Shown here in pieces: positions 35,035-47,541 of a DNA stretch of 64,000 nt. Where the stretch lies: positions 41,782-105,781 of the forward strand of contig CAVYSY010000007.1 of assembly GCA_963771175.1 (NCBI GenBank), written 5' to 3'. The notes below the pieces were generated by a model that saw nothing but the letters and a program-made list of their open reading frames with translations, had not been told where the DNA came from and did not search any database. Numbering within the stretch: the stretch's first letter is position 1; every line of letters starts with the position of its first letter. The translations under genes were made by a program, and so were the position numbers. Origin of the DNA: an uncultured delta proteobacterium. GTDB taxonomy: Bacteria > Myxococcota > Myxococcia > Myxococcales > Myxococcaceae.

Positions 35035-37038
35035 TCAGACCTGAGACATCACTGCCCTGCCATCAGCGTGATTCCGGCGCCTTGGACGAAGGCATAGCAA
35101 AGCCAGCACCGCGAGGCTCACCAGCGACACCATCAGCCCCGCGCGGAAGGAGCCCGGGCGGTAGTGCAGTTCCACCCGACGCTCATTGCCGTGCAGGGGG
35201 ATGGCGCGCAGGCCCTCGGCCTCGAGCAGCGGCACCGGCGCTCCGTCCGCCTCCGCCTCCCATCCGGGGAACCACGCATCCCGCACGACGAGCCGCTCGC
35301 CCCCACGCGGGAGCACGAAGGCGAGCCGTGAGGGCAGGTCCACCGCGGGCTCCAGCTCCAGCCGCTCGCCTCCCGACTCCAGCACCGCGCGCCCCTTCCG
35401 GCCCAGCCGCAGCGCGAGGTAGCTCCGATTCTGGAACAAAACCTCGCCCGGGTACGCCGCGCGCTTCGCCTCGTCGTCGATGACCACCACCGAGGCCCCG
35501 AGGTGCTCCGCCGCCCGCTCCGGCGCGTCGCGCACGAGCTGCTTCACATACGCGGGCGCTGGCACCACGAAGCCCTCCAGCGCATCGAAGCCCCCGGCCA
35601 TGTTGGCGTTGGGCACGCCCACCTCGCACGCGTCCGCCCGGTGCGCGACGTCCACGCGCATCCAGTCGATGTCGTAGGCCACGCGCCCCTCGGGGCGGAA
35701 CTCCAGCGAGGGCCGGCACGGCGCCGCTCCGCTCAGGCTCCACAGCGTCCCCACGCCCTGCTGGAAGACGGCGCACTCGATGACCATCACCGCCGCCACC
35801 ATCCACGCACGCCGGCTGGGAACCGCACCGCGCGCGGCCAGCAGCGCGCCCCCCGCCATCCCCACCCAGGCCACGCTCACCGCCCAGTGCGCCCCCGCGC
35901 CCGCCACCGCGAGGACACACGCCCCGAGCAGCGCCACCACGGCGAACACCGCGCCCGAGCGCCGCGAGTGGGGCCGGGGCCCTCGCTCCCACGCGGTGAA
36001 CCCGTAGGCCACCGCCAGCGCCAGCAGCACCGGCAGCGCCGAGAGGAACTTGATGGGGAAGCGGAAGAGGCTGGCGCCGGGCACCCACGCGTACAGCCAG
36101 GTGAAGAGCCGCCCCGAGTCCCCCAGCGCCAGCAGGACGAGCACCCCGCACAGCACGGCGAGCCGCTTGCGCCGCCACAGCCCCCAGGCCGCGAGCACCA
36201 GGAGGCTCGCGCCCACGAAGAGCACCGACTGGAAGGTCTGCACGCCGGAGCGGTCCGCGCCGAAGCGGACGAAGGGCAGCGCGAGGTCCACCACCTCCCG
36301 CGGGGACAGGGCGAACTGCGAGGCATCGCCCGCGCCAAGCCCCCCGCTCCGGTCCGAGCGCACGAGCAGCTCGAGGAACGGAATCCACGTGACGGCCGAG
36401 AGCCCGGCCCCGAGCGCCACGGCCCCCAGCGTCCACCGCGTGCGCTTCCACAGGCTCCACGCGAGCCCCGCCAGCGCGAGCAGCGTCAGCTCCGGAGAAC
36501 CCGCGAGCACGCTGCACGCCACCTGCACGCCGAGCAGCGCCATGCCGCCCCGGGTGGGACGGCGCGCCAGGAGCCGCCCCGAGCCCCACACCCACGGCAC
36601 CCAGCTCAGCCCGCACAGCATGTTGGGGTGGGCATAGTGCTCGACGGCGAGCGGACTGAGACCCGCGGCGAGCCCGGCCAGCACGGCGGCGCGACGGCTC
36701 GCTCCCGAGTACCTCGCCAGCCGCCACGTCCCGAGCGCCAGCCACACCAGGTGCGCGAAGAGGAAGGGGCCCAGGACGCGCTCGGGGGGTGCCAGCAGGA
36801 AGAGGAGGCTCGGCGGGTAGAGCACCTGCGTCTGCAACTCGGCGAGGAACGGGTGGCCGGCGAGCAGGTGCGGGTTCCACAGCGGCAGCGCGCCTTGCAG
36901 CAACTGCTCGCGCAGGAAGGCGGCATTGGGCAGGAAGAGGAAGAGGATGTCCGGCGACACCGGCTGGCGCACGAGCATCACCCCGTGGCTGAGGAGCACG
37001 GCGAGTATCAGGACGATCCACGGCAGCTTCCGGTGCAC
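35035..37038 (-). CDS. YfhO-family membrane protein (GT-C-like)
   Basis: LPLWNPH..GHPF...LYP, FRFP and WFPGWEA.ADG...LHYRP motifs. Confidence 0.85.
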   Translation of the reverse strand: MHRKLPWIVLILAVLLSHGVMLVRQPVSPDILFLFLPNAAFLREQLLQGALPLWNPHLLAGHPFLAELQTQVLYPPSLLFLLAPPERVLGPFLFAHLVWLALGTWRLARYSGASRRAAVLAGLAAGLSPLAVEHYAHPNMLCGLSWVPWVWGSGRLLARRPTRGGMALLGVQVACSVLAGSPELTLLALAGLAWSLWKRTRWTLGAVALGAGLSAVTWIPFLELLVRSDRSGGLGAGDASQFALSPREVVDLALPFVRFGADRSGVQTFQSVLFVGASLLVLAAWGLWRRKRLAVLCGVLVLLALGDSGRLFTWLYAWVPGASLFRFPIKFLSALPVLLALAVAYGFTAWERGPRPHSRRSGAVFAVVALLGACVLAVAGAGAHWAVSVAWVGMAGGALLAARGAVPSRRAWMVAAVMVIECAVFQQGVGTLWSLSGAAPCRPSLEFRPEGRVAYDIDWMRVDVAHRADACEVGVPNANMAGGFDALEGFVVPAPAYVKQLVRDAPERAAEHLGASVVVIDDEAKRAAYPGEVLFQNRSYLALRLGRKGRAVLESGGERLELEPAVDLPSRLAFVLPRGGERLVVRDAWFPGWEAEADGAPVPLLEAEGLRAIPLHGNERRVELHYRPGSFRAGLMVSLVSLAVLALLCLRPRRRNHADGRAVMSQV

Positions 37039-37240
37039 TTCGCCTCCAGGCCCGCATACCTACCCGCCGGAGAGGGGCCTGAACAGGGCCCCGAGGGTGC
37101 CCTCCGCTCTCCGGCGGCCTGCTCGCTACCCAACAGCCCCCCGCGGCGGGGCCCGAGCCGTCACCCGGTGGACGCCAGCCCCGCGACCCCCTCACGAGAA
37201 GCCGAGCGTCGGCTCGCACTCTGGGTAGAGTCGGGCCCCT

Positions 37241-39793
37241 ATGGCGCACCCGACCGACGACAAGAACTTCCGACTCCCCCTCTCCATCCGTCCCCGGCGG
37301 TACGCGGCGACGCTGACGCTCGACCTGGAGGGCAAGAGCTTCACGGGACAACAGACCATCGAGCTGGACCTCGAGAAGCCCTCGAACGAGCTCATCCTGC
37401 ACGCCATCGCGTTGCAGCTCGGCGAGGTGACCTTCCGGGGCGGCAACGGCAAGAGCCTGAAGCCCACCGAGCTGCGCGCGGTGCCGGCGAGCGAGACGGT
37501 GGTGCTGCGCTTCGGCGAGCAGCTCCCCGCGGGCGCGGGAGCGCTGGACGTGGCGTGGACGGGCCGCTTCACCGAGGGCCTGCGGGGCATGTACCTGGCG
37601 GGCAAGGTAGCGGCCACGCAGTTCGAGGCGGCGGACGCGCGGCGGCTCTTCCCGTGCTTCGACGAGCCGGCCTTCAAGGCGCGCTGGGCGCTCACGGTGC
37701 GGGTGCCGCCGGGGATGACGACGCTGGCCAACGGGGCGCTGGTGAAGGACGAGCCGGACGGCGACCTGCGCAAGCTGACCTTCCAGGAGACGGAGGTGCT
37801 CAGCTCGTACCTGGTGGCGCTGGTGTGCGGCCCGCTGGTGGGCACGCCCGAGGAGAAGGTGCAGGGGATTCCGGTGCGCACGTGGGCGCTGCCGGAGAAG
37901 CAGCACCTGACGCGCTTCGGGCAGGACGCGGCGCTGGCGGCGCTGCCCCGGCTGCAGGAGTACTTCGGGCTGCCCTACGCCTTCGGCAAGGTGGACCAGG
38001 TGGGCATCCCCGACTTCGAGGCCGGCGCGATGGAGAACGCGGGCCTCATCACCTACCGGGAGATCGCCCTGCTGTTGGACCCGACCACGGCGCCGCTGTC
38101 GGTGCAGAAGCGGGTGGCCGAGGTGGTGACGCACGAGCTGGCGCACCAGTGGTTCGGCAACTGGGTGACGATGGTGTGGTGGGACGACCTCTGGCTGAAC
38201 GAGGCCTTCGCCACGTGGATGGCGTACAAGATTGTCGACGCCTGGAAGCCGGACTGGCGCGTGTGGCTGGACTTCGACGCGGGCAAGGCGGCGGCGATGC
38301 AACTGGACGCGCTGCGCTCCACGCACCCCATCCACGGCGAGGTGCGCAACGCCAGCGAGGCGGGCGAGAGCTTCGACCTCATCACCTACGAGAAGGGTGG
38401 CGCGGTGCTGCGCATGATTGAAGGCTTCCTCGGCGAGGAGGCCTTCCGCGAGGGCATGCGCCAGTACATGCGCACGCATGCGCGCTCCAACGCGGTGGCG
38501 GACGACCTGTGGAAGGCGCTGGCCAATGCCTCGTCGCAGCCGGTGCTGGAGCTGGCCAAGGCGTGGATTGGCCAGAACGGCTACCCGCTGGTGTCGGTGG
38601 CGGTGGACGGGCGGACGGTGACGCTGTCGCAGCGGCGCTTCTACTCGGAGCCGGGCGTGCGCGGCGAGGAGCGCTGGCCGGTGCCGGTGGTGCTGCGGTA
38701 CTCGGACGCGGGCGGGGTGCACGAGCAGCGCGTGCTGCTGCGCGAGGCCCAGACGCAGGTGACGCTGGAGGGCTCGGGCGAGGTGCGGTGGCTGTGCGCC
38801 AACGCGGGCTCCACGGGCTTCTACAGGGTGGCGTACGACGCCAAGGCACTGGAGCGGCTGTCGGCGAACCTCCAGACGCTGGCCCCCTCGGAGCGCATCT
38901 CGCTGCTGGCGGACCAGTGGGCGCTGGTGCGCAGCGGACAGGAGTCGGTGGCGTCCTTCCTCGAGCTCGCGGGCCGATTCGGCGACGAGGAGGACGACAC
39001 GGTGCTCGACGAGCTGGTGTCGCGGCTGGCCTACGTGGAGGGCCGGCTGGTGGAGGGCGCGGAGCAGGAGCGCTTCCGCCGGTGGGTGGAGGAGCTGCTG
39101 GGGTCGGGGCTGAAGAAGCTCGGCTGGGACTCGGCGCCGGGGGAGTCGGACCGGGTGAAGCTGCGGCGCGCGGCGCTGGTGCGCGCGGTGGGTGGAGTGG
39201 CGCGCAGCCCCGAGGCGCTGGCGGAGGCCCGGCCCCGGGTGGAGCGGGTGCTGGCCGGGGAAAAGAACGCGCTGGAGCCGAACCTGCTGGACGCGGCGGT
39301 GGGCATGGTGGCGCGAGCGGGAGACCGGTCGCTCTACGAGAAGCTGCTGGAGAAGATGTTGGTGGAGCCGGATCCGGCGACGCAGCGGCGCTACCTGATG
39401 GCGCTGACGGCCTTCGAGAACCCGGCGCTGGCGGACGCCGCGCAGAAGCTCTTCTTCACGGACAAGGTGAAGATGCAGGACGTGGCGAGCTTCGTGACGG
39501 GCCTGATGGGCAACCGGACGGGCCGGGACGCGTGGTGGGCGGAGATGCAGAAGCGCTGGAAGGACGTGCTGGCGAGGACGGGCGGGGCGCCGATGCTGCT
39601 GCGCCGGGTCGTGGAGTCCATGGGCGGGCTGCGCGAGCGCAAGCAGCTCGACGAGGCCCGGAAGCTGTTGGCGGCGCACCCCGTGGAGGAGGCGAAGCAG
39701 GCCACCGAGCAGACGCTGGAGCGGGTGTCGCAGGACGTGGCGCTGCGCGAGCGCGCCATGCCCGAGGTGAGTGCCTGGCAGAAGCGCAAATAG
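37241..39793 (+). CDS. M1 family aminopeptidase with ERAP1-like C-terminus
   Basis: GAMEN, HELAHQWFGN...WLNE and YEKG motifs. Confidence 0.96.
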   Translation: MAHPTDDKNFRLPLSIRPRRYAATLTLDLEGKSFTGQQTIELDLEKPSNELILHAIALQLGEVTFRGGNGKSLKPTELRAVPASETVVLRFGEQLPAGAGALDVAWTGRFTEGLRGMYLAGKVAATQFEAADARRLFPCFDEPAFKARWALTVRVPPGMTTLANGALVKDEPDGDLRKLTFQETEVLSSYLVALVCGPLVGTPEEKVQGIPVRTWALPEKQHLTRFGQDAALAALPRLQEYFGLPYAFGKVDQVGIPDFEAGAMENAGLITYREIALLLDPTTAPLSVQKRVAEVVTHELAHQWFGNWVTMVWWDDLWLNEAFATWMAYKIVDAWKPDWRVWLDFDAGKAAAMQLDALRSTHPIHGEVRNASEAGESFDLITYEKGGAVLRMIEGFLGEEAFREGMRQYMRTHARSNAVADDLWKALANASSQPVLELAKAWIGQNGYPLVSVAVDGRTVTLSQRRFYSEPGVRGEERWPVPVVLRYSDAGGVHEQRVLLREAQTQVTLEGSGEVRWLCANAGSTGFYRVAYDAKALERLSANLQTLAPSERISLLADQWALVRSGQESVASFLELAGRFGDEEDDTVLDELVSRLAYVEGRLVEGAEQERFRRWVEELLGSGLKKLGWDSAPGESDRVKLRRAALVRAVGGVARSPEALAEARPRVERVLAGEKNALEPNLLDAAVGMVARAGDRSLYEKLLEKMLVEPDPATQRRYLMALTAFENPALADAAQKLFFTDKVKMQDVASFVTGLMGNRTGRDAWWAEMQKRWKDVLARTGGAPMLLRRVVESMGGLRERKQLDEARKLLAAHPVEEAKQATEQTLERVSQDVALRERAMPEVSAWQKRK

Positions 39794-39814
39794 CCCACGC
39801 AGTACGCTCTTCAC

Positions 39815-39848
39815 CCTCCCTCCGCCGGGCATCTCCGACGGAGGGAGG
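39815..39848. terminator. Hairpin between convergent genes
   Basis: CCTCCCTCCGCCGG / CCGACGGAGGGAGG stem. Confidence 0.5.
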
Positions 39849-39854
39849 AGTGCG

Positions 39855-40707
39855 TCAGCCGAGCAACGCCTGGGCGTGATGGCGCAGGTGATCGTCGATG
39901 AAGGTGGCGATGAAGTAGTAGCCGTGGTCGTAGCCGGGCTGCCGGCGCAGGGTCAGCGGGTGGCCCGCGGAGGCGGCGGCGCGCTCCAGGGCCTCGGGCA
40001 GGAGCTGGGTGGCCAGGAAGTCGTCGGCATCGCCCTGGTCGATGAGGATCGGCAGCCGTTCGGTGGCTCCGGCGATCAGCGCACTGGCGTCCCACTCGCG
40101 CCAGGCCGCGCGGTCGGGCCCCAGGTAGCGGCTGAAGGCCTTCTCTCCCCAGGGACAGTTCATCGGGTTGCTGATCGGCGCGAAGGCGGAGACCGACAGG
40201 TAGCGTCCCGGATTGCGCAGCGCGCAGACCAGGGCCCCGTGCCCGCCCATCGAGTGCCCGCTGATGCCTCGCCTCCCGTTGAGGGGGAAGGTCCGCTCCA
40301 CCAGCGCGGGCAGCTCGTGCACCACGTAGTCGTGCATGCGGTAGTTGCGGGACCAGGGCTCACGCGTGGCGTTGAGGTAGAAGCCCGCGCCCATGGCCGA
40401 AATCGAAGGCTCCCTCCGGATCGCCCGGCACGTCCTTGCCGCGAGGGCTGGTGTCGGGCACGACCACGGCGAGACCCAGCTCGGCCGCCAGCCGCTACGC
40501 GCCGGCCTTCTGCGAGAAGTTCTCGTCCGTGCAGGTCAGGCCGGAGAGCCAGTAGAGCGTCGGCACCTGCTCGCCGCGAGCGGTCTGCGGCGGCAGGTAG
40601 ACGGCGAACGTCATGTCGCAGCCCAGGGTGCTGGACCGGTGGCGGTAGCGCTTGAGCCAGCCGCCGAAGCACTTGTGGCTGGAGACGAGGGTCAGGTTGT
40701 CGCTCAT
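39855..40707 (-). CDS. fghA: S-formylglutathione hydrolase, in-frame TAG at 40495-40497 and frameshift near 40395
   Basis: [28 protein letters not shown] and GYDHGYYF motifs. Confidence 0.88.
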
Positions 40708-40721
40708 GGGAGGCCTCCGGC

Positions 40722-41887
<1,166 letters not shown>

Positions 41888-41977
41888 TTAGCTAATCCAT
41901 GGGAGCGGGCGGATCTTCACCGGTCCGGGAAAAGATTGTTGCCGTCCAGGGATAATCCCGAGACAGATGGACCCACC

Positions 41978-42868
41978 ATGAACCGGTGGGAAGGAATCGA
42001 CGAGTTCGTCGCCGTGGCCGAGACGAGCAGCTTCTCACGCGCGGCCGAGCGCCTGGGAGTCTCCTCCTCGCATGTCAGCCGGCAGATCAGCCGCCTGGAG
42101 GACAGGCTGCAGGCGCGGCTCTTCTACCGCACCACCCGGCGCGTCTCGCTGACGGAGGCGGGGCTCACCTTCCTGGCCCACTGCCAGCGCCTGGCGGAGG
42201 AGCGGGACGAGGCCTTCCTCGCGGTCAGTGACCTGCAGGGCACGCCCAAGGGGCTGCTGCGCATGACATCGGCGGTGACGTACGGCGAGCGCTTCATCGT
42301 GCCGCTGGTGAACGCCTTCATGGCGCGGCATCCGGGGCTGCGGGTGGACATCCACCTCACCAACGACACGGTGGACCTGGTGCGAGAAGGCTTCGACCTG
42401 GCGATCCGCCTGGGGCGGCTGACGGACTCCACGCTGGTGGCGACCCGCCTGGCGCCGCGGGCGATGTACCTGTGCGCCGCGCCGGAGTACCTGGAGCGCT
42501 ACGGCACACCGCACAGCCTCTCGGAGCTGGAGCGCCACCCGTGCCTGATTGGAACCTCCGATGTCTGGGTGTTCCAGGCCGAGGGCCGCGAGCAGCTCTT
42601 CCGGGCCCGCGGGCCGTGGCGCTGCAACAGCGGCGCGGCGGTGCTCGATGCGGCGCTGCGGGGCTTCGGCCTGTGCCAGCTCCCGGACTACTACGTCCGC
42701 GAGCACCTGCGCGCGGGCCGGCTCATCTCGCTGCTGGAAGCCAACCAGCCACCGAACACCGCCGTCTGGGCGCTCTACCCGCAGAAGCGGCACCTCTCGC
42801 CCAAGGTGCGCCTATTGGTGGAGCACCTCAAGCGAGAGCTGCCCCTGCTGCCCGAGTACCGGGCCTGA
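41978..42868 (+). CDS. LysR-family regulator divergent from frmA
   Basis: FVAVAETSSFSRAAERLG and RTTRRVSLTEAG motifs. Confidence 0.95.
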   Translation: MNRWEGIDEFVAVAETSSFSRAAERLGVSSSHVSRQISRLEDRLQARLFYRTTRRVSLTEAGLTFLAHCQRLAEERDEAFLAVSDLQGTPKGLLRMTSAVTYGERFIVPLVNAFMARHPGLRVDIHLTNDTVDLVREGFDLAIRLGRLTDSTLVATRLAPRAMYLCAAPEYLERYGTPHSLSELERHPCLIGTSDVWVFQAEGREQLFRARGPWRCNSGAAVLDAALRGFGLCQLPDYYVREHLRAGRLISLLEANQPPNTAVWALYPQKRHLSPKVRLLVEHLKRELPLLPEYRA

Positions 42869-42891
42869 GCCATCCGAACCGAGAAACGTCG

Positions 42892-42971
42892 GCCTCCCGG
42901 CCGCGCTCTTCCAAAACCTGTCCGACTGTCGGACAGGTTTCTCCAAACCGAGCCCGGAGGGTCCTCTGTCC
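42892..42971. repeat. REP-like palindromic element, copy 2
   Basis: AAACCTGTCCGAC-T-GTCGGACAGGTTT at 42914-42940 with flanks matching 888-967. Confidence 0.85.
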
Positions 42972-43011
42972 GCAGGCCTCCTCCTGCACGGACTTACTTC
43001 GGATGGCTTGG

Positions 43012-44039
43012 CTACGACGGGCCTTCGGGACGACGCAGGCCAAAGGCTTCCGCGAGCAGTTCGTAGGAGCGCACGCGCGCCGCGTGGCTGTGGATGTGTG
43101 ACGTCACCATGAGCTCGTCCGCCCCCATCTTCCGGGCCAGCTCGAGGAGCCGGGCTCGGACGCGCTCGGGGGTGCCCACGACGAGCATCGAGCGCGAGGC
43201 GCGGACCTGCTGCAGCTCGAAGGGGGTGTACGGGTACGCGCGCGCCTCCTCCGGGCTGGGAATGGGCCCGTTGCGGCCATTGCGGATGTTGACCCACAGC
43301 AGGTCGTGCGTCAGCGCGAGCTCCTCCGCGCGCTCCTCCGTCTCGGCGCAGACCACCGATACGCCCAGGATGGCATAGGGCCGCGCGAGGTACTCGGAGG
43401 GCTGGAACAGGTTCCGGTACGCGGACATGGCCGGCAGCGCCATCTCCGGGCTGAAGTGGTACGCGAACGCGAAGCCCCGGCCGAGCGCCGCGGCGAGCCG
43501 GGCACCGAAGTCACTGGAGCCGAGGAGCCAGATGGAGGAAGCGGGACACCCGGCGGTGAGGCCCGCACCCGGGCGAAGAGGTCGTCCTCGGGGAACTCGG
43601 CCTCTCCGGCGAAGGCGCGCAGGAGCTGGAGCTGCTCCGGGAAGTCATCCGCGGAGAGGGCCTCCACGGAGCGGCGCAGGGCCAGCGCGGTGACGCGGTC
43701 CGTTCCGGGAGCGCGCCCGAGCCCCAGGTCGATGCGTCCCGGGTAGAGCGCCTCGAGCGTGAGGAAGTTCTCCGCGACCTTCAGGGGCGAGTGGTTCGGG
43801 AGCATGATTCCGCCCGAGCCGACGCGCAGGTGCTGGGTCTCGCGGGCGAGGAGGCCGATCATGATCTCCGGCGCGGAGCTGGCCAGGCCCAGGGTGTTGT
43901 GGTGCTCGGCCACCCAGTAGCGCGTGTAGCCGAGCGCGTCCGCCCTGCGCGCCAGGTCGATGCTGTTGCGCAGGGCCTGAGGGCCCGTGGAGCCCGTGCC
44001 GACGGGAATCAGGTCGAGGAGGGAGAGAGGAAGAGACAT
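43012..44039 (-). CDS. LLM-class flavin-dependent oxidoreductase, frameshift near 43540
   Basis: RYWVAEHH, GSGGIMLPNHSPLKVAE and DLGLGRAPG motifs; C-terminal half in another frame. Confidence 0.88.
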
Positions 44040-44057
44040 ATCGGAACCCGGCTGTCC

Positions 44058-45101
44058 TCAACCCTGGGAGTCCACGTCCGAGGCCGGCTCCTCCATCGAG
44101 TCGGTTCCCGCGCCCTCCCCCACGTCCCCATCCCGGCGCTGCTGCACCAGGTGGAGCACGATGACGGCATCGAGGGTGAGCAGGCCCGGCAGGAAGACCC
44201 AGGGGCCGGCGGTGTAGGGGCTCATCATCAGGAAGAACCACGTCGTGAGCCAGACGCCCATGAGGACGAGCACGATGGGATGCAGCGCCGCCAGCCCGCG
44301 CTGCCGCAGGGCGAAGCTCGCGAGCAGCACGAGGGTGAGCTGGGTGAACGTCGCGAGCGGCTGCTCCCCGCCGGAGGCCCCGAAGAAGGGCGTGTTGCTC
44401 CGGGCCCAGGGAAGCAGGAGCGCGAAGGAGCACACGGCGGCGCCCACCACCACCCAGCGGTTCAGGCGCTGACGGAGGCTGCCCTCGTACAGGTAGTCGA
44501 AGTCCTCCTCCGACGTGGCGAAGAACCGCTGCCCCTGCTCGTAGCCGAGCACCAGCGCGGCGAGCAGCCACAACAACGAGACGGGCCCGAAGCCCAGCAT
44601 CAGCAGGGCATGGGCACAGGTGAGCGCGGCGTAGGCCCGCGCGATGCCCGGATGCTGCGTCTCCTCGGGGAGGTTCTCGAGTGCCGCGGGCAGGGCGCGG
44701 GCCTCCGCGGTGCGCAACTCCTGCACCCCAGGCTGGGTGATGACGCGCCACTCGTTCACGGCCACCAGCGCGCCGCCCAGGAGCATCACCAGCGAGCCCG
44801 GCAGGCCGATGCCCGGGACGAACGGCAACACCGAGAGCAGGATGGCGAGTCCCACCAGCCCCAGGCCGAGCAGCGACAGCGAGCCACCCGGCAGGCGCGA
44901 GCGCAGGCGCGGATCATCCAGCACCCCCGCGATGGCGTCGCCGAGCTGCCCCGCCACGTCCCGGACGGGGGCGAACACCTTGGAGAGCACCTCCGAGAGA
45001 CGCTCGAAGGGCGAGGGAGGCGGGGGCTCCCACTCATAGGACTCGTCCCCGGTGCCGTAGTCGGCGTTGGAGTCCTCGGAGCCCTTCGAGCGGAAGGCCA
45101 C
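44058..45101 (-). CDS. Hypothetical multi-pass membrane protein
   Basis: Acidic termini and several TM stretches. Confidence 0.7.
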   Translation of the reverse strand: MAFRSKGSEDSNADYGTGDESYEWEPPPPSPFERLSEVLSKVFAPVRDVAGQLGDAIAGVLDDPRLRSRLPGGSLSLLGLGLVGLAILLSVLPFVPGIGLPGSLVMLLGGALVAVNEWRVITQPGVQELRTAEARALPAALENLPEETQHPGIARAYAALTCAHALLMLGFGPVSLLWLLAALVLGYEQGQRFFATSEEDFDYLYEGSLRQRLNRWVVVGAAVCSFALLLPWARSNTPFFGASGGEQPLATFTQLTLVLLASFALRQRGLAALHPIVLVLMGVWLTTWFFLMMSPYTAGPWVFLPGLLTLDAVIVLHLVQQRRDGDVGEGAGTDSMEEPASDVDSQG

Positions 45102-45241
45102 ACTCGAGGCAAACGCCCTGCGTCACATCGGGGATGGGTTGGCCACAGTGCGAGCAGTTCATGGGGATCCGAAGCAGGGGGACCCCAGTCTAGGCCAGAC
45201 GCGGCTCGCGGCGGTACAGCCCCCCGACCGCCCTGGCAGCT

Positions 45242-46309
45242 TCACCACAGCATGTCTTGATCCTCGGTGACCCCGGGCACCCCGGACAGCGAGTACGTCC
45301 GGCCGTCCACCCGCACCGTGCCCTCGAAGAAGCCAAGCGGCTGGGCGAAGTGGCTCACCACCACCTTGAAATCGTGGTCCTCGCGGTGGACGTAGAGGGG
45401 CTGGAAGCGCAGGTCCACCGCGCCGTCCACCGTCCTCATGTGCCACGGGCTCATCAGCTCTTTCCGGTCGTACTCGAAGACGGCCCGGGCGAGCGGGTAG
45501 AGCTTGTCCCCCAGCCAGAGCGCGTTCTCGTTGGTGCCGGCGCTCTCGTTGAAGCCCTCGACGAGGTTGAGGCCCACCGGCGTTCCGTCCGCCAGCCGCC
45601 CCGCGAGGAAGGCCCACCGCCACGAGGTGTGCCGAGCCATATAGCCCTGGGTGTAGTCCGTCCCGCCCACCCCACCGTCCAGTCGGAAGCGCTTGCCTCC
45701 CGCCTCCAGGCTGCCGAAGGCCAGCATGCCGCCGCGCTTCTGGGTGACGTTGACGAAGCCGCCTCCCTCCACGGGGGCGATCACCGTCAGCGCCGGAGGG
45801 CCTCCGGCCACCAGCAGTTCCCCATCCCACAGGAAGGATTGGAGGCTGCCCGTGCGCAGCCGGCTCACGTCCACGTTCAGGTGGTAGCGCTCGTCGTCCT
45901 CGCCGCGCCGTGCCGTGAACCGCCCGCCCAGGGTGCGGAACGAGGCCGTCAGCCCCGCGCCGGGCTTGTCGCTCACCTCGGCGAGCGGGCCGGGCGCGCC
46001 CAGGAAGCTCACATCGCAGAGGGGACGCTGCTCCTTGAGGTCCAACGCCACGGCGAAGGCGTTGGCCGAGTAGCCCACGTCCACCACCGCGAAGAGCGCG
46101 AGCACCTCCGGCGTGGCCGCCAGGGTGTAGTGCCAGCGCTTGCGTTTGAGCAGCCGGGCCGGGGCCGCCGCGGGGGCCCACCGGCCCTTGAGCCGGGAAA
46201 GGTCCACCTCGGGCAGCTCGCCCTGGTAGGTGCCGAATCGGGGTTCACCCGACGCCGTAGCCACGGAGGCTGGCGCAGGAAGGAGACTCAGTTCTCGCTC
46301 CGGGGTCAT
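45242..46309 (-). CDS. DUF2804-like protein
   Basis: KRWHY, DYTQGY..RHTSWRWA, ENALW and QPLG.F.G motifs. Confidence 0.8.
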   Translation of the reverse strand: MTPERELSLLPAPASVATASGEPRFGTYQGELPEVDLSRLKGRWAPAAAPARLLKRKRWHYTLAATPEVLALFAVVDVGYSANAFAVALDLKEQRPLCDVSFLGAPGPLAEVSDKPGAGLTASFRTLGGRFTARRGEDDERYHLNVDVSRLRTGSLQSFLWDGELLVAGGPPALTVIAPVEGGGFVNVTQKRGGMLAFGSLEAGGKRFRLDGGVGGTDYTQGYMARHTSWRWAFLAGRLADGTPVGLNLVEGFNESAGTNENALWLGDKLYPLARAVFEYDRKELMSPWHMRTVDGAVDLRFQPLYVHREDHDFKVVVSHFAQPLGFFEGTVRVDGRTYSLSGVPGVTEDQDMLW

Positions 46310-46412
46310 TTCCTTCCCAAGGTGGGCCATGCCCTTCCATATGCCACCCGGCCCACGAGTACGAGGGATGACTTACGCACAGAACGGAATCGCCACTGTG
46401 CGGGGTGGACCC

Positions 46413-47456
46413 TCACCCCTGCCCCTCCAAGGCGTCCCAGCGAGGGAAGCGACGGTAGCGCTCGCGGAGCTGCGCCACGTCGTGCTCGAACCAGCGGCGG
46501 ACCCAGTCCGAATAGGCCGCGTGGGCCGAGGGCCACGGCAGGGCACCCGAGGCCGCGCGCACCACCGCGTGGCCCGCCATCATCCCGGACATCAGCGCCT
46601 TGAGCACGCCGTGGGAGGAGGCCGGGTCGAGCACCGCGGCCGCGTCGCCGACCATCAGGTAGCCGGGGCCAGCCGGGGACTCCACGCGCCGCCAGGTGAC
46701 GTCCGCGCCTCGCGTGCGCCCGAGCGGCTCGCACTCGCGCAGCTCCGGGGCCGCCATCCATTGGGCACGGGCCGCCCATCCAGGGTCAGTCGGGTCCACT
46801 GACGGACCCCCGGCCGCACCCGCGCCGTCCAGGTCCAGCCCTCGTCATCGGCCACGATGCGGGCTCCTCGCCATCGGAGCCTTCGGGCTCCACCACGTAG
46901 CCGTAGGTGGCCACCAGCGTGGGAGAAGCCTTCAACCGGGGGAGGTCGAGCTGGCGGGCGAGCCAATGCGCGCCCCCTGCCGCGTCGATCACCACCCGGG
47001 CGTGGAGGGGACCCGCGTCCGTCTCCACGCCCACCACCTCGCCACGCTCGTCTCGGAGCGGGTGGAGCGCGCGGCGGGCTGCAACACCTCCACCCCCAGC
47101 GCGCGTGCCCGCTCCAGCAGGAGGGCATCCAGCTCGGCCCGCCACGCCTGGAAACCCAACCACGGGCCGTTCGCGTCCTGGCCGAAGGGGACGAACTGGC
47201 GTGGCCCATCCCACTCCACCCAGAAGCCCGGGTAGCGGACGAAGCGGGCGGCCCGGACCGCGTCGCCCACACCCAGTTGCGTGAACAGGGGCTCGACGCC
47301 CGGGTGGAGCGACTCTCCCGGACAGTCTCGCGGGAAGGCGGCCCGCTCCAGCACGAGCACGGACAGCCCGGCCGTGGCACAGGAGATGGCGGTGGCGGAC
47401 CCGGCCGGGCCTCCGCCGATGATGACCACGTCCACGCTACGTGCCGTGCCGCTCAT
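46413..47456 (-). CDS. FAD-dependent oxidoreductase (halogenase/geranylgeranyl reductase-like), frameshifted
   Basis: IIGGGPAG, GESL, IDAAG and VGDAA..LDPASSHG across frames. Confidence 0.8.
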
Positions 47457-47541
47457 CCAACCAGGTCCCCGCGGCGGCACACTTCAGCAAGAACCCATCG
47501 GGTCGATCAACAGGTCGACCCGCTGAGGATGGGGGAGAAGT

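Noticed and set aside
35183..39832. 1549-aa minus-strand ORF
   Set aside because: Shadow frame over the aminopeptidase and yfhO; Arg/Ala/Pro-rich with no motifs
40495..40497. Pyrrolysine recoding of the TAG in fghA
   Set aside because: The position is a Gln (CAG) in the family and there is no pyl context
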